NCBI GenBank assembly: GCA_002238505.1
Contig: MPMM01000003.1
Span: 141,864 to 205,863, forward strand
Direction of reading: 5' to 3'
Length of the DNA stretch: 64,000 nt
DNA from: SAR202 cluster bacterium bin22
GTDB taxonomy: Bacteria > Chloroflexota > Dehalococcoidia > Lucifugimonadales > UBA3495
Shown here: positions 44,791-53,730 of the stretch, in pieces
Position numbering within the stretch: the first letter of the stretch is position 1
Layout: each line of letters starts with the position of its first letter
Position numbers and translations under genes: made by a program
Notes under the pieces: generated by a model
What the model saw: only the letters and a program-made list of their open reading frames with translations
Database searches by the model: none
What the model was told of the DNA's origin: nothing

Positions 44791-45717
44791 ATGCGCGTTG
44801 CGGTAATGGGTGCAGGCAGTATTGGCAGCTATTTTGGCGGAACGCTGGCCCGCGCCGGCAACCAGGTCTCCCTCATCGCCCGGGGCGATCACCTGGCAGC
44901 CATTAAGGCTGGCGGATTGCGCATCCAGACCGACTCCGACCTGCTGACCATTCCCTGTGGCGATGCCCTGGAAGCCACCGATGACCCTTCTGCCGTTGGG
45001 CATGTTGACCTGGTCCTCTTGACGGTAAAGACCTACCAGAACGACGTGGCAGTTCCGGCGATGCTGCCCATGGTTGGCCCGGACACCAGCGTACTGTGCC
45101 TCCAGAACGGGATCGACAGCTATCGGGCCGCTGCCCAGGCGGTCGGGGAGGAGCGCGTGCTGCCCGGCGCCGCCTACATCGAGGCTGAGCGCCTGGGTCC
45201 TGGCCTCGTTCAACAGAGTGGCAGCGTCGTTCGCATTGCCTTTGGCGAGTCCGACGGCAGCGACAGCGAACGCGGACGGATCATTGAGAATACCCTGTCC
45301 GGCGCGGGCATCAACGCCCAGTTCAGCCAGGACATACGCCAGACTTTATGGACTAAGTTCCTCTTCATTGCCACAATGGCTGGTGTCACCAGCCTTTCCC
45401 GCGAGACTATGGCCCAAATCATGCCCCGCCCCGAATGGCGTACCGTAATCATCAATTGCATGAAGGAAATTGAAGCTGTAGCCAGAGCCTCAGGAATACG
45501 CCTCGACCCCGATATCGTACATAACACCGTGGCATACATTGAAGGAGACTTGGAAGATATGCACGCTTCCATGCACGCCGACATCATGGCCGGCCGTCCC
45601 CTGGAACTGGAAGCCCTGAACGGCGCCGTGGTACGGGCCGGAATGCAGGCCGGCGTTCCAACTCCCATCAACGATGTCATCTACGCTGCCCTCAAGCCCT
45701 TTGCCGCAGGCAAGTGA
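44791..45717 (+). CDS. panE: 2-dehydropantoate 2-reductase
   Basis: MRVAVMGAGSIGSYFGG Rossmann N-terminus and an ApbA/PanE C-terminal domain. The start is at Met25 of ORF 44719. Confidence 0.85.
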   Translation: MRVAVMGAGSIGSYFGGTLARAGNQVSLIARGDHLAAIKAGGLRIQTDSDLLTIPCGDALEATDDPSAVGHVDLVLLTVKTYQNDVAVPAMLPMVGPDTSVLCLQNGIDSYRAAAQAVGEERVLPGAAYIEAERLGPGLVQQSGSVVRIAFGESDGSDSERGRIIENTLSGAGINAQFSQDIRQTLWTKFLFIATMAGVTSLSRETMAQIMPRPEWRTVIINCMKEIEAVARASGIRLDPDIVHNTVAYIEGDLEDMHASMHADIMAGRPLELEALNGAVVRAGMQAGVPTPINDVIYAALKPFAAGK

Positions 45718-45727
45718 GGAACATCCC

Positions 45728-47686
45728 GTGGCGCCAGTGTTCCTCCGCATAATCCGCGTCCTGCCGTTTGCCCTGATAACTGCGGCTGTGGCCGTGGCAT
45801 GCACTTCCACGGCAACACCTGATCCCGATTTGGCACTGAATGAGACCGCAGAAGTTTCCCCTCCAACAGCCACGGTCGCCGCTCCTGAGATAATGGCAGC
45901 AACCCCCGTGCCGACGGCAGCAAGTACCAGGATTACTCCGACCGATGTACCTGCACCGGTTACCAAACCGGAGGTTGACTTGGAATCAGAAGAACAGGAA
46001 ATGCCTCCCGATCCCCTCGAAAAGCGACCTGCTTACGATACAAGCAAACCCTTCGCCGACCTGGTCAGGCCCCATTTCTATGCCACCAGTGAACAAGGGG
46101 AACTGGTTGAGGTCAAAGGCTCCCCCGACGCAATCGTTATTCTTGAAGGCAGGGCCAAAATCAGATTCGCCGAGGGCGAAGTCATTTCCTACCTCGACCC
46201 CCTGGCCCTGGAATCCGAACTGGTCGGGGAACACCCAATCCACAAGGTCTATCGCCTCATGGAGATGGGCATCCCCGCCAGTGAAGACCTGATGGTCGCC
46301 CTGGAATCGGAAAACGCCGGGGACCTGTTCGCCAGCCCGGAGTTTGAATACCAGCGTCGGCGTTGGTCCTCCGGTGTAGTCACCGATGTTTTCCTGGACG
46401 GTACCTTCTTGGTAATTCCCACCCAAATACCTGCCGAATGGCAGAGCAACGACCTCCGTATCGCCTCCCCAACCCATCTGCATCTCAATTCCCGCGCTCT
46501 CAGCGGCGGCTCCTCGCCACTGGCCAGGGAGTACGAACTGGAAATCCTCATGCTCTCCTTCGAGGACCAACGCTATCCCCCGGCGCCATTGGCCCGCAAG
46601 CAATGTGACGTTTACCGGGAAAGCCTGCTTGCCGATGACTACGCCGAGTTCCTCCGCTCGGTGGGGTTTCGCTACACCCCGGCACATGCTGTTTCCGGCC
46701 TGGCGGAAGGCTCCGCATTCGGAGCCCGCATCCAGGCCCTGCTCTGGGAAGGCTCCGGTGCCGGCGTCCAGTACTTCGGATTTGAAGGGCTCTGGATTGC
46801 TGACGTTTTCCGCCAGGAGCAGGTGGACTGGCTGGGAGATTGCGACACCACCGGAGGACTGCGCGCCTACCCCGGCGCCGAAGAATCGTCAAAGCGCCAT
46901 TACCTCACCGTCCGCCGTTCCCTGGAGCCGGACAAGAAGCAGCGTTACCGCATAATGGAGGTTGACGAAGCCGGCCAGGCCACCGAACTCTATGTGGCTC
47001 CGGGCACCGTCCTTATGGCCCTTCCCCTGCCCTTCAATGACCGCACCTGGCTGTTCAGCACCGAAGGCTGGGTCCCTGCCGAAGGAAGCGCCCCTGCCGA
47101 TCCTCGCTGGCAGGCCGTTTACCAGGTCAACCTTGACAGTCCCGACGACTACGTCAAGGTGCGTTACCCCATTGATCAGTTCCCCCGGGCTCCCGAGGCG
47201 GGGCTCTATGGGTCGTCGCCACGCATGAGCGGCGAGGGAGACTTCCTGTTCAACACCCTCTATGGATTCACCGACGAGGGCGGCGGCATCTGGATAGTGG
47301 ACGTTTCCTCCGAGGACTTCCACGCCAGCGACGCCAATTTCGCCCGCCTGGTGTCCTGGGATCATACCCTCAGTTGGATGCCCCTGGGCCGCCTGGAATC
47401 TGACCCCCAGGCCATGCACCTGTTTATGACCGGCAAGGAAGTGTCCGACGACTTTGCCATGACGGCCAACATTCTTCGCGTCAGGGAGGACGGCCTGAAT
47501 TCAGCAGTTGAAAAGTCGGAAAGGCTGCTTCAGATGGTAGGCTGGAATCCGGTGCCCTTCGGCTGGCAGAAGCTCTCGGACACCGACTACCGCATGTTGG
47601 TGGAAACCCATTACAACTACGAAAGTTCCTTGATGCCCCGCGCCAAAGGCGTTTACATCATCCCGGTCAGCTTGACCGAAGAGTAG
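45728..47686 (+). CDS. Large hypothetical lipoprotein (orphan)
   Basis: A GTG start is preceded by GAGGA. The signal peptide carries lipobox AVAC, followed by a Pro/Thr/Ala-rich linker and then about 550 aa in which I recognise no domain. Confidence 0.55.
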   Translation: MAPVFLRIIRVLPFALITAAVAVACTSTATPDPDLALNETAEVSPPTATVAAPEIMAATPVPTAASTRITPTDVPAPVTKPEVDLESEEQEMPPDPLEKRPAYDTSKPFADLVRPHFYATSEQGELVEVKGSPDAIVILEGRAKIRFAEGEVISYLDPLALESELVGEHPIHKVYRLMEMGIPASEDLMVALESENAGDLFASPEFEYQRRRWSSGVVTDVFLDGTFLVIPTQIPAEWQSNDLRIASPTHLHLNSRALSGGSSPLAREYELEILMLSFEDQRYPPAPLARKQCDVYRESLLADDYAEFLRSVGFRYTPAHAVSGLAEGSAFGARIQALLWEGSGAGVQYFGFEGLWIADVFRQEQVDWLGDCDTTGGLRAYPGAEESSKRHYLTVRRSLEPDKKQRYRIMEVDEAGQATELYVAPGTVLMALPLPFNDRTWLFSTEGWVPAEGSAPADPRWQAVYQVNLDSPDDYVKVRYPIDQFPRAPEAGLYGSSPRMSGEGDFLFNTLYGFTDEGGGIWIVDVSSEDFHASDANFARLVSWDHTLSWMPLGRLESDPQAMHLFMTGKEVSDDFAMTANILRVREDGLNSAVEKSERLLQMVGWNPVPFGWQKLSDTDYRMLVETHYNYESSLMPRAKGVYIIPVSLTEE

Positions 47687-47696
47687 AGAAAAGAAC

Positions 47697-48203
47697 GTGA
47701 AAGAGAAACCGATAGAAAACTGTTACTGGGTAGTCCCGGGCAAATTCCTGGCCGGCGAATACCCCAGGAATATGGACGAACCTTCGTCTGTGGAGAAACT
47801 GGCTGCGCTGAAGTCGGGCGGCATCGAGGCCTTCTTCGACTTGACCGAGGAAGGCCATATGCTTCCCTATTCCCAATGGCTGGACTCAGATTCACAGACC
47901 TATCAGCGCTTCCCAATCCGAGACGTCAACGTTCCCTCCACACCCGAACTCACCTCCGCTATCCTTGACTCCATCGATGAGCGGATAGCCCAGGGTAAGA
48001 CCGTTTACGTGCATTGCATGGGTGGCATTGGGCGTACCGGCACTATAGTCGGATGCTGGCTCTCTCGTCACGGGCATCAAGGGGAAGCCGCTTTGGACCG
48101 CCTCACAGAGCTATGGGAAGACTGCCCCAAGTCAGCGTGGACTCGTTCCCCGGAAACCGCGGCACAACGGGCGTATGTCCGTACCTGGAACGAGGGTACC
48201 TAG
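47697..48203 (+). CDS. Dual-specificity / protein-tyrosine phosphatase
   Basis: CX5R P-loop VHCMGGIGRTG. GTG start 10 nt after the lipoprotein stop. Confidence 0.75.
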   Translation: MKEKPIENCYWVVPGKFLAGEYPRNMDEPSSVEKLAALKSGGIEAFFDLTEEGHMLPYSQWLDSDSQTYQRFPIRDVNVPSTPELTSAILDSIDERIAQGKTVYVHCMGGIGRTGTIVGCWLSRHGHQGEAALDRLTELWEDCPKSAWTRSPETAAQRAYVRTWNEGT

Positions 48204-48252
48204 CCAGACATTCCGGGCCGCCGCCATGCGGGCCGTGCCCCCTGAATCTCCA

Positions 48253-48283
48253 GGGGGCAGCCGCAAAGGCTGCCCCCTTTCTT
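48253..48283 (+). terminator. Rho-independent terminator
   Basis: A 10-bp stem, GGGGGCAGCC and GGCTGCCCCC, with loop GCAAA and then TTTCTT. Confidence 0.7.
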
Positions 48284-48320
48284 CGAAACCAACTCCCCGG
48301 AGCTATGCCTCCGTACTCTC

Positions 48321-49127
48321 TCAAACGCAGGTGAGGAAATACTCCCGCGCCGCCAGCTTGTCCTCCAGGCTCCCGAAGGCCATGGTGTAAAAGCCCGCAT
48401 AACCCGAGGATTCCAGCCTGCCGAACGCCGCTGGAAAATCGATGTTGCCTTCGCCGGGGTTCAGGTGCACCTCCTTCTCCCCGGTATTGTCCGCCAGGCG
48501 CACCTCCCCAATCCGGGAAACGCCAAAGGCGTCCAGAAAGCCGTCCACGTCCTCCGGCACCAAATGGGCGTGGTTGACCGTAAAGGCCCACCCAAACCGC
48601 TCCGACGATATCGCGTCAAAGTAGTATCGGCACTCCTCCACGGTATAGGCCATGTAGTGTACCTCGGCATCGTCGGGTTCAAAATTCAGGTTTTCCAGGA
48701 ACAGGGTAACGCCGGCTTTCTCAGCATAGGCTGTGGCCCGCTTCAACCGTTCCAGAGAGGATTGGAACCTGAGGTCATGGGAACTGCTGAAATGATATCC
48801 GCCATGAGTCACCACCCCGTGGCACTCCAGTCGCTTTGCCAGATCAATGTTGGCTTCCAGGTACCGGTCCACCGCCTCATCCACGCATGGCGAAAACTCG
48901 GCGATGTTGACCGATGAAGCAGTGTGTACGGTTAGAGTAATTCTGTTCTCCCGGGCGGTCCGTATCACCGAAGCAGCCCGGTCGTCATCCCATTCATTAA
49001 TGCGATTCGGGCCCTCGTCCGCGTTAAAGTCCAGGTAATAAAACCCGTTCGCCGCTGCCGTTGCCAGCGCTTCCTCCAGCCGGGTAGCTCCAGCGTCATA
49101 ACCTATGCGGTCCTTCAAAGTCGTCAC
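48321..49127 (-). CDS. Sugar phosphate isomerase/epimerase (xylose isomerase-like TIM barrel)
   Basis: 268 aa with an AP_endonuc_2-like pattern. GTG start preceded by GAGGAG. Confidence 0.78.
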   Translation of the reverse strand: MTTLKDRIGYDAGATRLEEALATAAANGFYYLDFNADEGPNRINEWDDDRAASVIRTARENRITLTVHTASSVNIAEFSPCVDEAVDRYLEANIDLAKRLECHGVVTHGGYHFSSSHDLRFQSSLERLKRATAYAEKAGVTLFLENLNFEPDDAEVHYMAYTVEECRYYFDAISSERFGWAFTVNHAHLVPEDVDGFLDAFGVSRIGEVRLADNTGEKEVHLNPGEGNIDFPAAFGRLESSGYAGFYTMAFGSLEDKLAAREYFLTCV

Positions 49128-49180
49128 TTCAAGCTCCTCACGCTATGTGTCTGGTGTGGACCTGCCGCACCTGCCCTTCG

Positions 49181-49897
49181 CTATAGCGCCGCAGGCTCGG
49201 CATTCAACGTGGCTGGTATCCACTCGCGCAGCAGGTCAGCCAACTCATCCCGGCATTCTTCCAGCCTGTGCTCGGCCCCCTCGTAAAGGACCAGCCTCTT
49301 CGGTTCGTTGGCCCACTCGTAAACCTGCATACCGCAGGAGTAGGGCAGCCGGGTATCTGCCTTGCCATGAACAATCAGGGTGGGACGCGGGGAGACCAGC
49401 CCTGCCATGTTGGCCCCGTAGGTCTGGGGAGACAGCGAAACCACCCCCGCCACGTGCTTGCTTACCGCCCCGGCTGCAACTACCACCGCCCCTCCGAATG
49501 AATGCCCCACGATGACCACCGGGTCGTGTCCGGTGTCTTCCATGTGGGCCACCCCGGTCAGCAGGTCCATCGCGCATTCGGGAAGGACGTTGGGCAGGCG
49601 GTAGTCCATTCGCAGGGACGTAATGCCCTGCTCCGTAAATTCCTCGGCCAGCTGAGCGTAAATGCCGGGCCCCGGGCCCCCAAAGCCTCCCCTGGCCCCG
49701 CAAACCCAGATCACTCCCTTCCGTGATTCCGGCGCACCGTGGAGAACTGCTTGAATCTCGCCCCGGTCCATGCGCAACGCCAGGCCCTCCCCAACATCAC
49801 CTTCGGGCAAGGGGATGGAACGGACTTCCTGTACCGGCACCCTGAGGTATGCCCCGGGCCGACTCTCGGCAGTGGGTTCTTCCCTTGAGGCCATCAT
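49181..49897 (-). CDS. Alpha/beta hydrolase (dienelactone-hydrolase-like)
   Basis: GHSFGG elbow. I moved the start to Met86 of ORF 49181..50152, which is preceded by AAGGAG. Confidence 0.7.
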   Translation of the reverse strand: MMASREEPTAESRPGAYLRVPVQEVRSIPLPEGDVGEGLALRMDRGEIQAVLHGAPESRKGVIWVCGARGGFGGPGPGIYAQLAEEFTEQGITSLRMDYRLPNVLPECAMDLLTGVAHMEDTGHDPVVIVGHSFGGAVVVAAGAVSKHVAGVVSLSPQTYGANMAGLVSPRPTLIVHGKADTRLPYSCGMQVYEWANEPKRLVLYEGAEHRLEECRDELADLLREWIPATLNAEPAAL

Positions 49898-50180
49898 CCA
49901 TCTCCTTATCAGCCCAGTTACTCCAGGTTGCCCTAATCCTAGTATAGGGAGGTAACCCTGTCCACCGAGAACAAGGAGAGCCAGCGTTTCGTGCCTGGTG
50001 GTTTGGCGGTAAACCTGGCAGGGCAGGCCGGCGTGTCTGTCCTGGTCGGACGGCAATATCGCTTGCATTGGAACCCTTGCCCAGGCAGGGTACTTGCGGT
50101 TGTCATTCCCCCGGCGCCGGGGTAACATCCCCTTTGGCGCATTCACCCGCATTTCTTAAATACCAGATTCAGGAGGCAGG

Positions 50181-51074
50181 ATGGTTCAGGCAGCAATTGA
50201 TGGGTATTTTTCCACCAACGGCATCAGGCTGCACTTCCGAGACTGGGGCGGCGTCGGACAATCCGTTATACTGCTGCACGGTCTGGCCTCATCCTGCCAC
50301 ATATGGGACCTGGTAGCTCCCAGACTGGTCGAAGACTTTTCCGTAATCGCCATCGACCAGCGAGGGCATGGCCTCAGCGACAAGCCCGAATCGGGTTACG
50401 ACTTTGCCAGCGTTAGCAAAGACCTTCTCGGCGTCATACAGGCCCGGGGACTGGAGCGTCCCATTATAGTCGGCCATTCCTGGGGCGCCGATGTGGCCCT
50501 GGAGTTCTCGGTGGCCTATCCCGACATAGCCAGCGGCATTTGCTTTGTGGACGGTGGCATGATCGAGCCCTCCGCCCGCCCCGGTATGACCCAGGAGAAA
50601 GCCCGCGAGGACATGGCCCCTCCCGTGTTTTCCGGCATGACTTCGCTGGCCCTCAGGGAGCGGTTCCACAATCGGGTTCGCCCTTTCCCCCTTCCTCCGG
50701 AATTTGACCAGATTTTGATGTCCAACTTTGAAGCCCTTGAGGATGGCACCGTGCGCACTCGCCTCAGCCGCGAAAACCACCTGAGGATTATCGACGCCCT
50801 CTGGGACCATCACCCTACGCAGCTTTATCCACAGGTTCCCTGCCCAACTTTAATGCTTCCGGCCCGCATGGCCAACGACGACTCGGTGGCCGAACGTACC
50901 TTCCGGCGCGAGGAATCGGTGGCCAAAGCGCAGGAGTTGCTTGCCGCGGTCAAGGTAGTCTGGTTGGAAGACAGCATCCACGACGTGCCCGTCCAGCGCC
51001 CTGAATTGGTGGCTGAAACCATCAGGGGCAGCATCTTATCGGGTTTCCTGGGAGACTCTCACTCTTCGGATTGA
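50181..51074 (+). CDS. Alpha/beta hydrolase
   Basis: HGLASS oxyanion region and GHSWG elbow, with AGGAGG upstream. Confidence 0.8.
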   Translation: MVQAAIDGYFSTNGIRLHFRDWGGVGQSVILLHGLASSCHIWDLVAPRLVEDFSVIAIDQRGHGLSDKPESGYDFASVSKDLLGVIQARGLERPIIVGHSWGADVALEFSVAYPDIASGICFVDGGMIEPSARPGMTQEKAREDMAPPVFSGMTSLALRERFHNRVRPFPLPPEFDQILMSNFEALEDGTVRTRLSRENHLRIIDALWDHHPTQLYPQVPCPTLMLPARMANDDSVAERTFRREESVAKAQELLAAVKVVWLEDSIHDVPVQRPELVAETIRGSILSGFLGDSHSSD

Positions 51075-51204
51075 GCTATAGAGCAGAGTCATTGATTGCT
51101 CTTGTCTGCGTCGGGCGAATTCCAGGTAAGTCGAAGTGGCAACGAAATCTAGTCTTATGTTAGAGTTTCCAAGTGCGGAACGCTGTACCTGGATTGGTGC
51201 TGGA

Positions 51205-51453
51205 ATGAAGACCTACGTATTCCGAGTTGTAGTAGAGCCTGATGAAGACCGTTGGGTATCGCATTGTCCCGCGCTGGAACAGTTTGGTGCGGCCACATGG
51301 GGATATTCTGAGGAAGAGGCCCTCAAGAACATTCGCGAAGTTGTAGAGATGGTCGTAGCTGAACTTGCGGAGGACAATCTTCCCATTCCTGAAGGGCCAT
51401 CGGAAGACGTAACTATCTATTCGACCGAGCATCGAGTAGCTATTCCAGTATAG
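51205..51453 (+). CDS. hicB: HicB-like antitoxin (UPF0150 domain only)
   Basis: YVFRVVVEPDEDRWVSHCPALEQFGAATWGYSEEEALKNIREVVE is the HicB N-domain pattern. I see no obvious DNA-binding C-terminal domain. Confidence 0.72.
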   Translation: MKTYVFRVVVEPDEDRWVSHCPALEQFGAATWGYSEEEALKNIREVVEMVVAELAEDNLPIPEGPSEDVTIYSTEHRVAIPV

Positions 51454-51454
51454 A

Positions 51455-51703
51455 ATGCCCATTGATTTGAGCAGGGTACGTACCCTGACTGCTCGTCAGA
51501 TAGTCAGCGCGTTGATTCAGGATGGGTTCGTCCTGCGCAGGCAAAGCGGCAGCCATAGGCGTTACCAGCATCCGGACGGTCGCCGCGTTACCGTCTCATT
51601 TCACAGCCAGGGACAAACCTTCCGCGCTGCCATTCTTCGTCGTATGATTCGGGACCAGGCCAGGTGGACTGGCGAAGACCTGGCTAGGCTGGGACTCTTG
51701 TGA
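51455..51703 (+). CDS. hicA: HicA mRNA interferase toxin
   Basis: 82 aa with GFVLRRQSGSHRRYQHPDGRRVTV, the HicA motif. Its ATG lies 1 nt after the hicB stop. Confidence 0.8.
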   Translation: MPIDLSRVRTLTARQIVSALIQDGFVLRRQSGSHRRYQHPDGRRVTVSFHSQGQTFRAAILRRMIRDQARWTGEDLARLGLL

Positions 51704-51780
51704 TGAAACCTGGCAAGGGCTTTTTATTCAGCTCTTCGTAGCTAAACAGTATTCTTACCGCTAAAGGGGGTATCAACAGC

Positions 51781-52659
51781 ATGACAACCGCCGGTACCGG
51801 CAATTACACCTACGAACTCATTCAGGACTGGCCCAAACTTCCCGAGGGAGAATCCCTGGGCATAGTCAGCGCCGTGGCCACCGATTCCCAGGACCGCGTC
51901 TATGTTTTCCAGCGGCAGGACCCGCCGGTTATGGTCTTTGATTCCGACGGCAACTATCTCAACTGCTGGGGTATCGGCGCCATTGCTGACCCTCACGGCA
52001 TTACCATCGTTGACGACATCGTTTACATAACCGATCGCTCCGACCAGGTGGCGGTCAAGTTCACCCTTGACGGCAAGCCCTTGCAGGTCATCGGAGAGCG
52101 GGGCGTTTTCTCCGATACGGGCTGCGAAACTCCTGGCGACTTTGTCCCCAGGGCAGCCGGCCCCTTCAACTACCCCACCGAGATGGTTCCCAGCCCCTCC
52201 GGCGACATTTACATTTCCGATGGCTACCGCAACGCCCGGATGCATCGCTTCACCTCCGATGGCCAGTTGATCGCCTCCTGGGGCCAGCCAGGCAAGACCG
52301 AACCCGGTCATTTCCACCTGCCCCACAGCTGTCTGGTGGACCCCGACGGCAAGGTCTATGTTTGCGACCGCGCCAACCGCCGGGTGCAGATTTTCTCTCC
52401 TGATGGCGAGTACATTACCGAGTGGACCAGCGGCATGGGCGGCCCCGACGACATTTCCCGCGACAGCGACGGGATATTCTACATAGTCGAGCAGGAAGTG
52501 GACGGCGTTCCTCACGTGAGCATCTGGGAGCCCGATGGCACCCTGATCACCCGTTGGGCCATCCGCCACGCCCACGGAATGTGGGTGGACTCCAAGGGCG
52601 ACATCTACCTGGGTCTTACCACCGACCACAGCGTGGACAAGTGGGTGCGCCAGCGGTAA
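51781..52659 (+). CDS. NHL-repeat six-bladed beta-propeller protein (PAL-like)
   Basis: Repeated DxxGxxYVxD / DRxNxRVQxF blades. There is no signal peptide. Confidence 0.8.
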   Translation: MTTAGTGNYTYELIQDWPKLPEGESLGIVSAVATDSQDRVYVFQRQDPPVMVFDSDGNYLNCWGIGAIADPHGITIVDDIVYITDRSDQVAVKFTLDGKPLQVIGERGVFSDTGCETPGDFVPRAAGPFNYPTEMVPSPSGDIYISDGYRNARMHRFTSDGQLIASWGQPGKTEPGHFHLPHSCLVDPDGKVYVCDRANRRVQIFSPDGEYITEWTSGMGGPDDISRDSDGIFYIVEQEVDGVPHVSIWEPDGTLITRWAIRHAHGMWVDSKGDIYLGLTTDHSVDKWVRQR

Positions 52660-52731
52660 TCCACCCTGGAATCCGGTAAGGGCGGGTGTCGGACCCGCCC
52701 TTCGCATCTCACAATTTGAGGAGGCGCTCTG

Positions 52732-53607
52732 ATGACCTTAGTCAACACCGACAAGCACGATTACGACCTGGTTCAGGACTGGGCGCGCCTGCCCGATGGC
52801 TGGACTTTTGGCGTGGTAAGTTCTGTGGCGACCGACTCTCAGGACCGGGTTTACGTTTACCAGCGGAAGGATCCCCCCATCGTCGTATTCGACAGCGAGG
52901 GCAACTACGTAGATTCCTGGGGCATCGGCGCATTCAATCTGCCCCACGGCTTCTGCATCGTCGATGACGTCATCTACCTGACTGACCGGGAAGACTCGGT
53001 GTGCCTCAAGTACACCCTGGACGGCAAGCCCCTGATGGTGATTGGGGACCGGGGCGTCCACTCCGACACCGGTTGCGAGGAGGCTGGCGCGTTGGTTCCC
53101 CGTGCCGCCGGGCCCTTCAACTTCCCCTCGGAAATGTTCCCTGCCCCTTCTGGAGACATTTACGTCTCCGATGGTTACCGCAACAGCCGCGTGCACCGTT
53201 TCAGCGGCGACGGTCGTCTCATCGCCTCCTGGGGCCAGCCGGGCAAGGGTGGTCCGGGCGAGTTCCACCTGCCCCACAGCTTGCTGATTGACGAAGAAGG
53301 GCTGATTTACGTCTGTGACCGGGAGAACAGCCGGGTTCAAGTCTTCACCGCCGAGGGCGAGTTCCTTCAGATGTGGACCGACATGACCCGCCCCAACGAC
53401 ATTTCCCAGACCACCGACGGCAGTTTCTGCATCGCCGAATCATCCCTGGAGGGTTCGACCCCGGGCATAAGCATTCGGGGTCGGGACGGTAGCATACAAG
53501 CCCGGTGGGACTCCCGCTCCGCCCACGGCCTCTGGGTTGACAGCCAGGACAACGTTTACCTGGCCCTGACCGGCGCCATGAGCGTGGACAAGTACATTAA
53601 ACGGTAA
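52732..53607 (+). CDS. NHL-repeat six-bladed beta-propeller protein, tandem paralogue
   Basis: It is collinear with 51781..52659 and identical at roughly three-fifths of positions by eye. GAGGAGG lies upstream. Confidence 0.8.
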   Translation: MTLVNTDKHDYDLVQDWARLPDGWTFGVVSSVATDSQDRVYVYQRKDPPIVVFDSEGNYVDSWGIGAFNLPHGFCIVDDVIYLTDREDSVCLKYTLDGKPLMVIGDRGVHSDTGCEEAGALVPRAAGPFNFPSEMFPAPSGDIYVSDGYRNSRVHRFSGDGRLIASWGQPGKGGPGEFHLPHSLLIDEEGLIYVCDRENSRVQVFTAEGEFLQMWTDMTRPNDISQTTDGSFCIAESSLEGSTPGISIRGRDGSIQARWDSRSAHGLWVDSQDNVYLALTGAMSVDKYIKR

Positions 53608-53634
53608 GGCTCGCCGACACCCCAAGATGCGTAT

Positions 53635-53665
53635 GGGCGCCCCTACAAGGGGCGCCCTTTTGCTT
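53635..53665 (+). terminator. Rho-independent terminator
   Basis: A 9-bp stem, GGGCGCCCC and GGGGCGCCC, with loop TACAA and then TTTTGCTT. Confidence 0.7.
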
Positions 53666-53730
53666 CGGAATGGACTATTGTTGGGGAACGGGCAGGCACA
53701 AGCGTTGCCCTGCAAATATCCGGGAAATGC

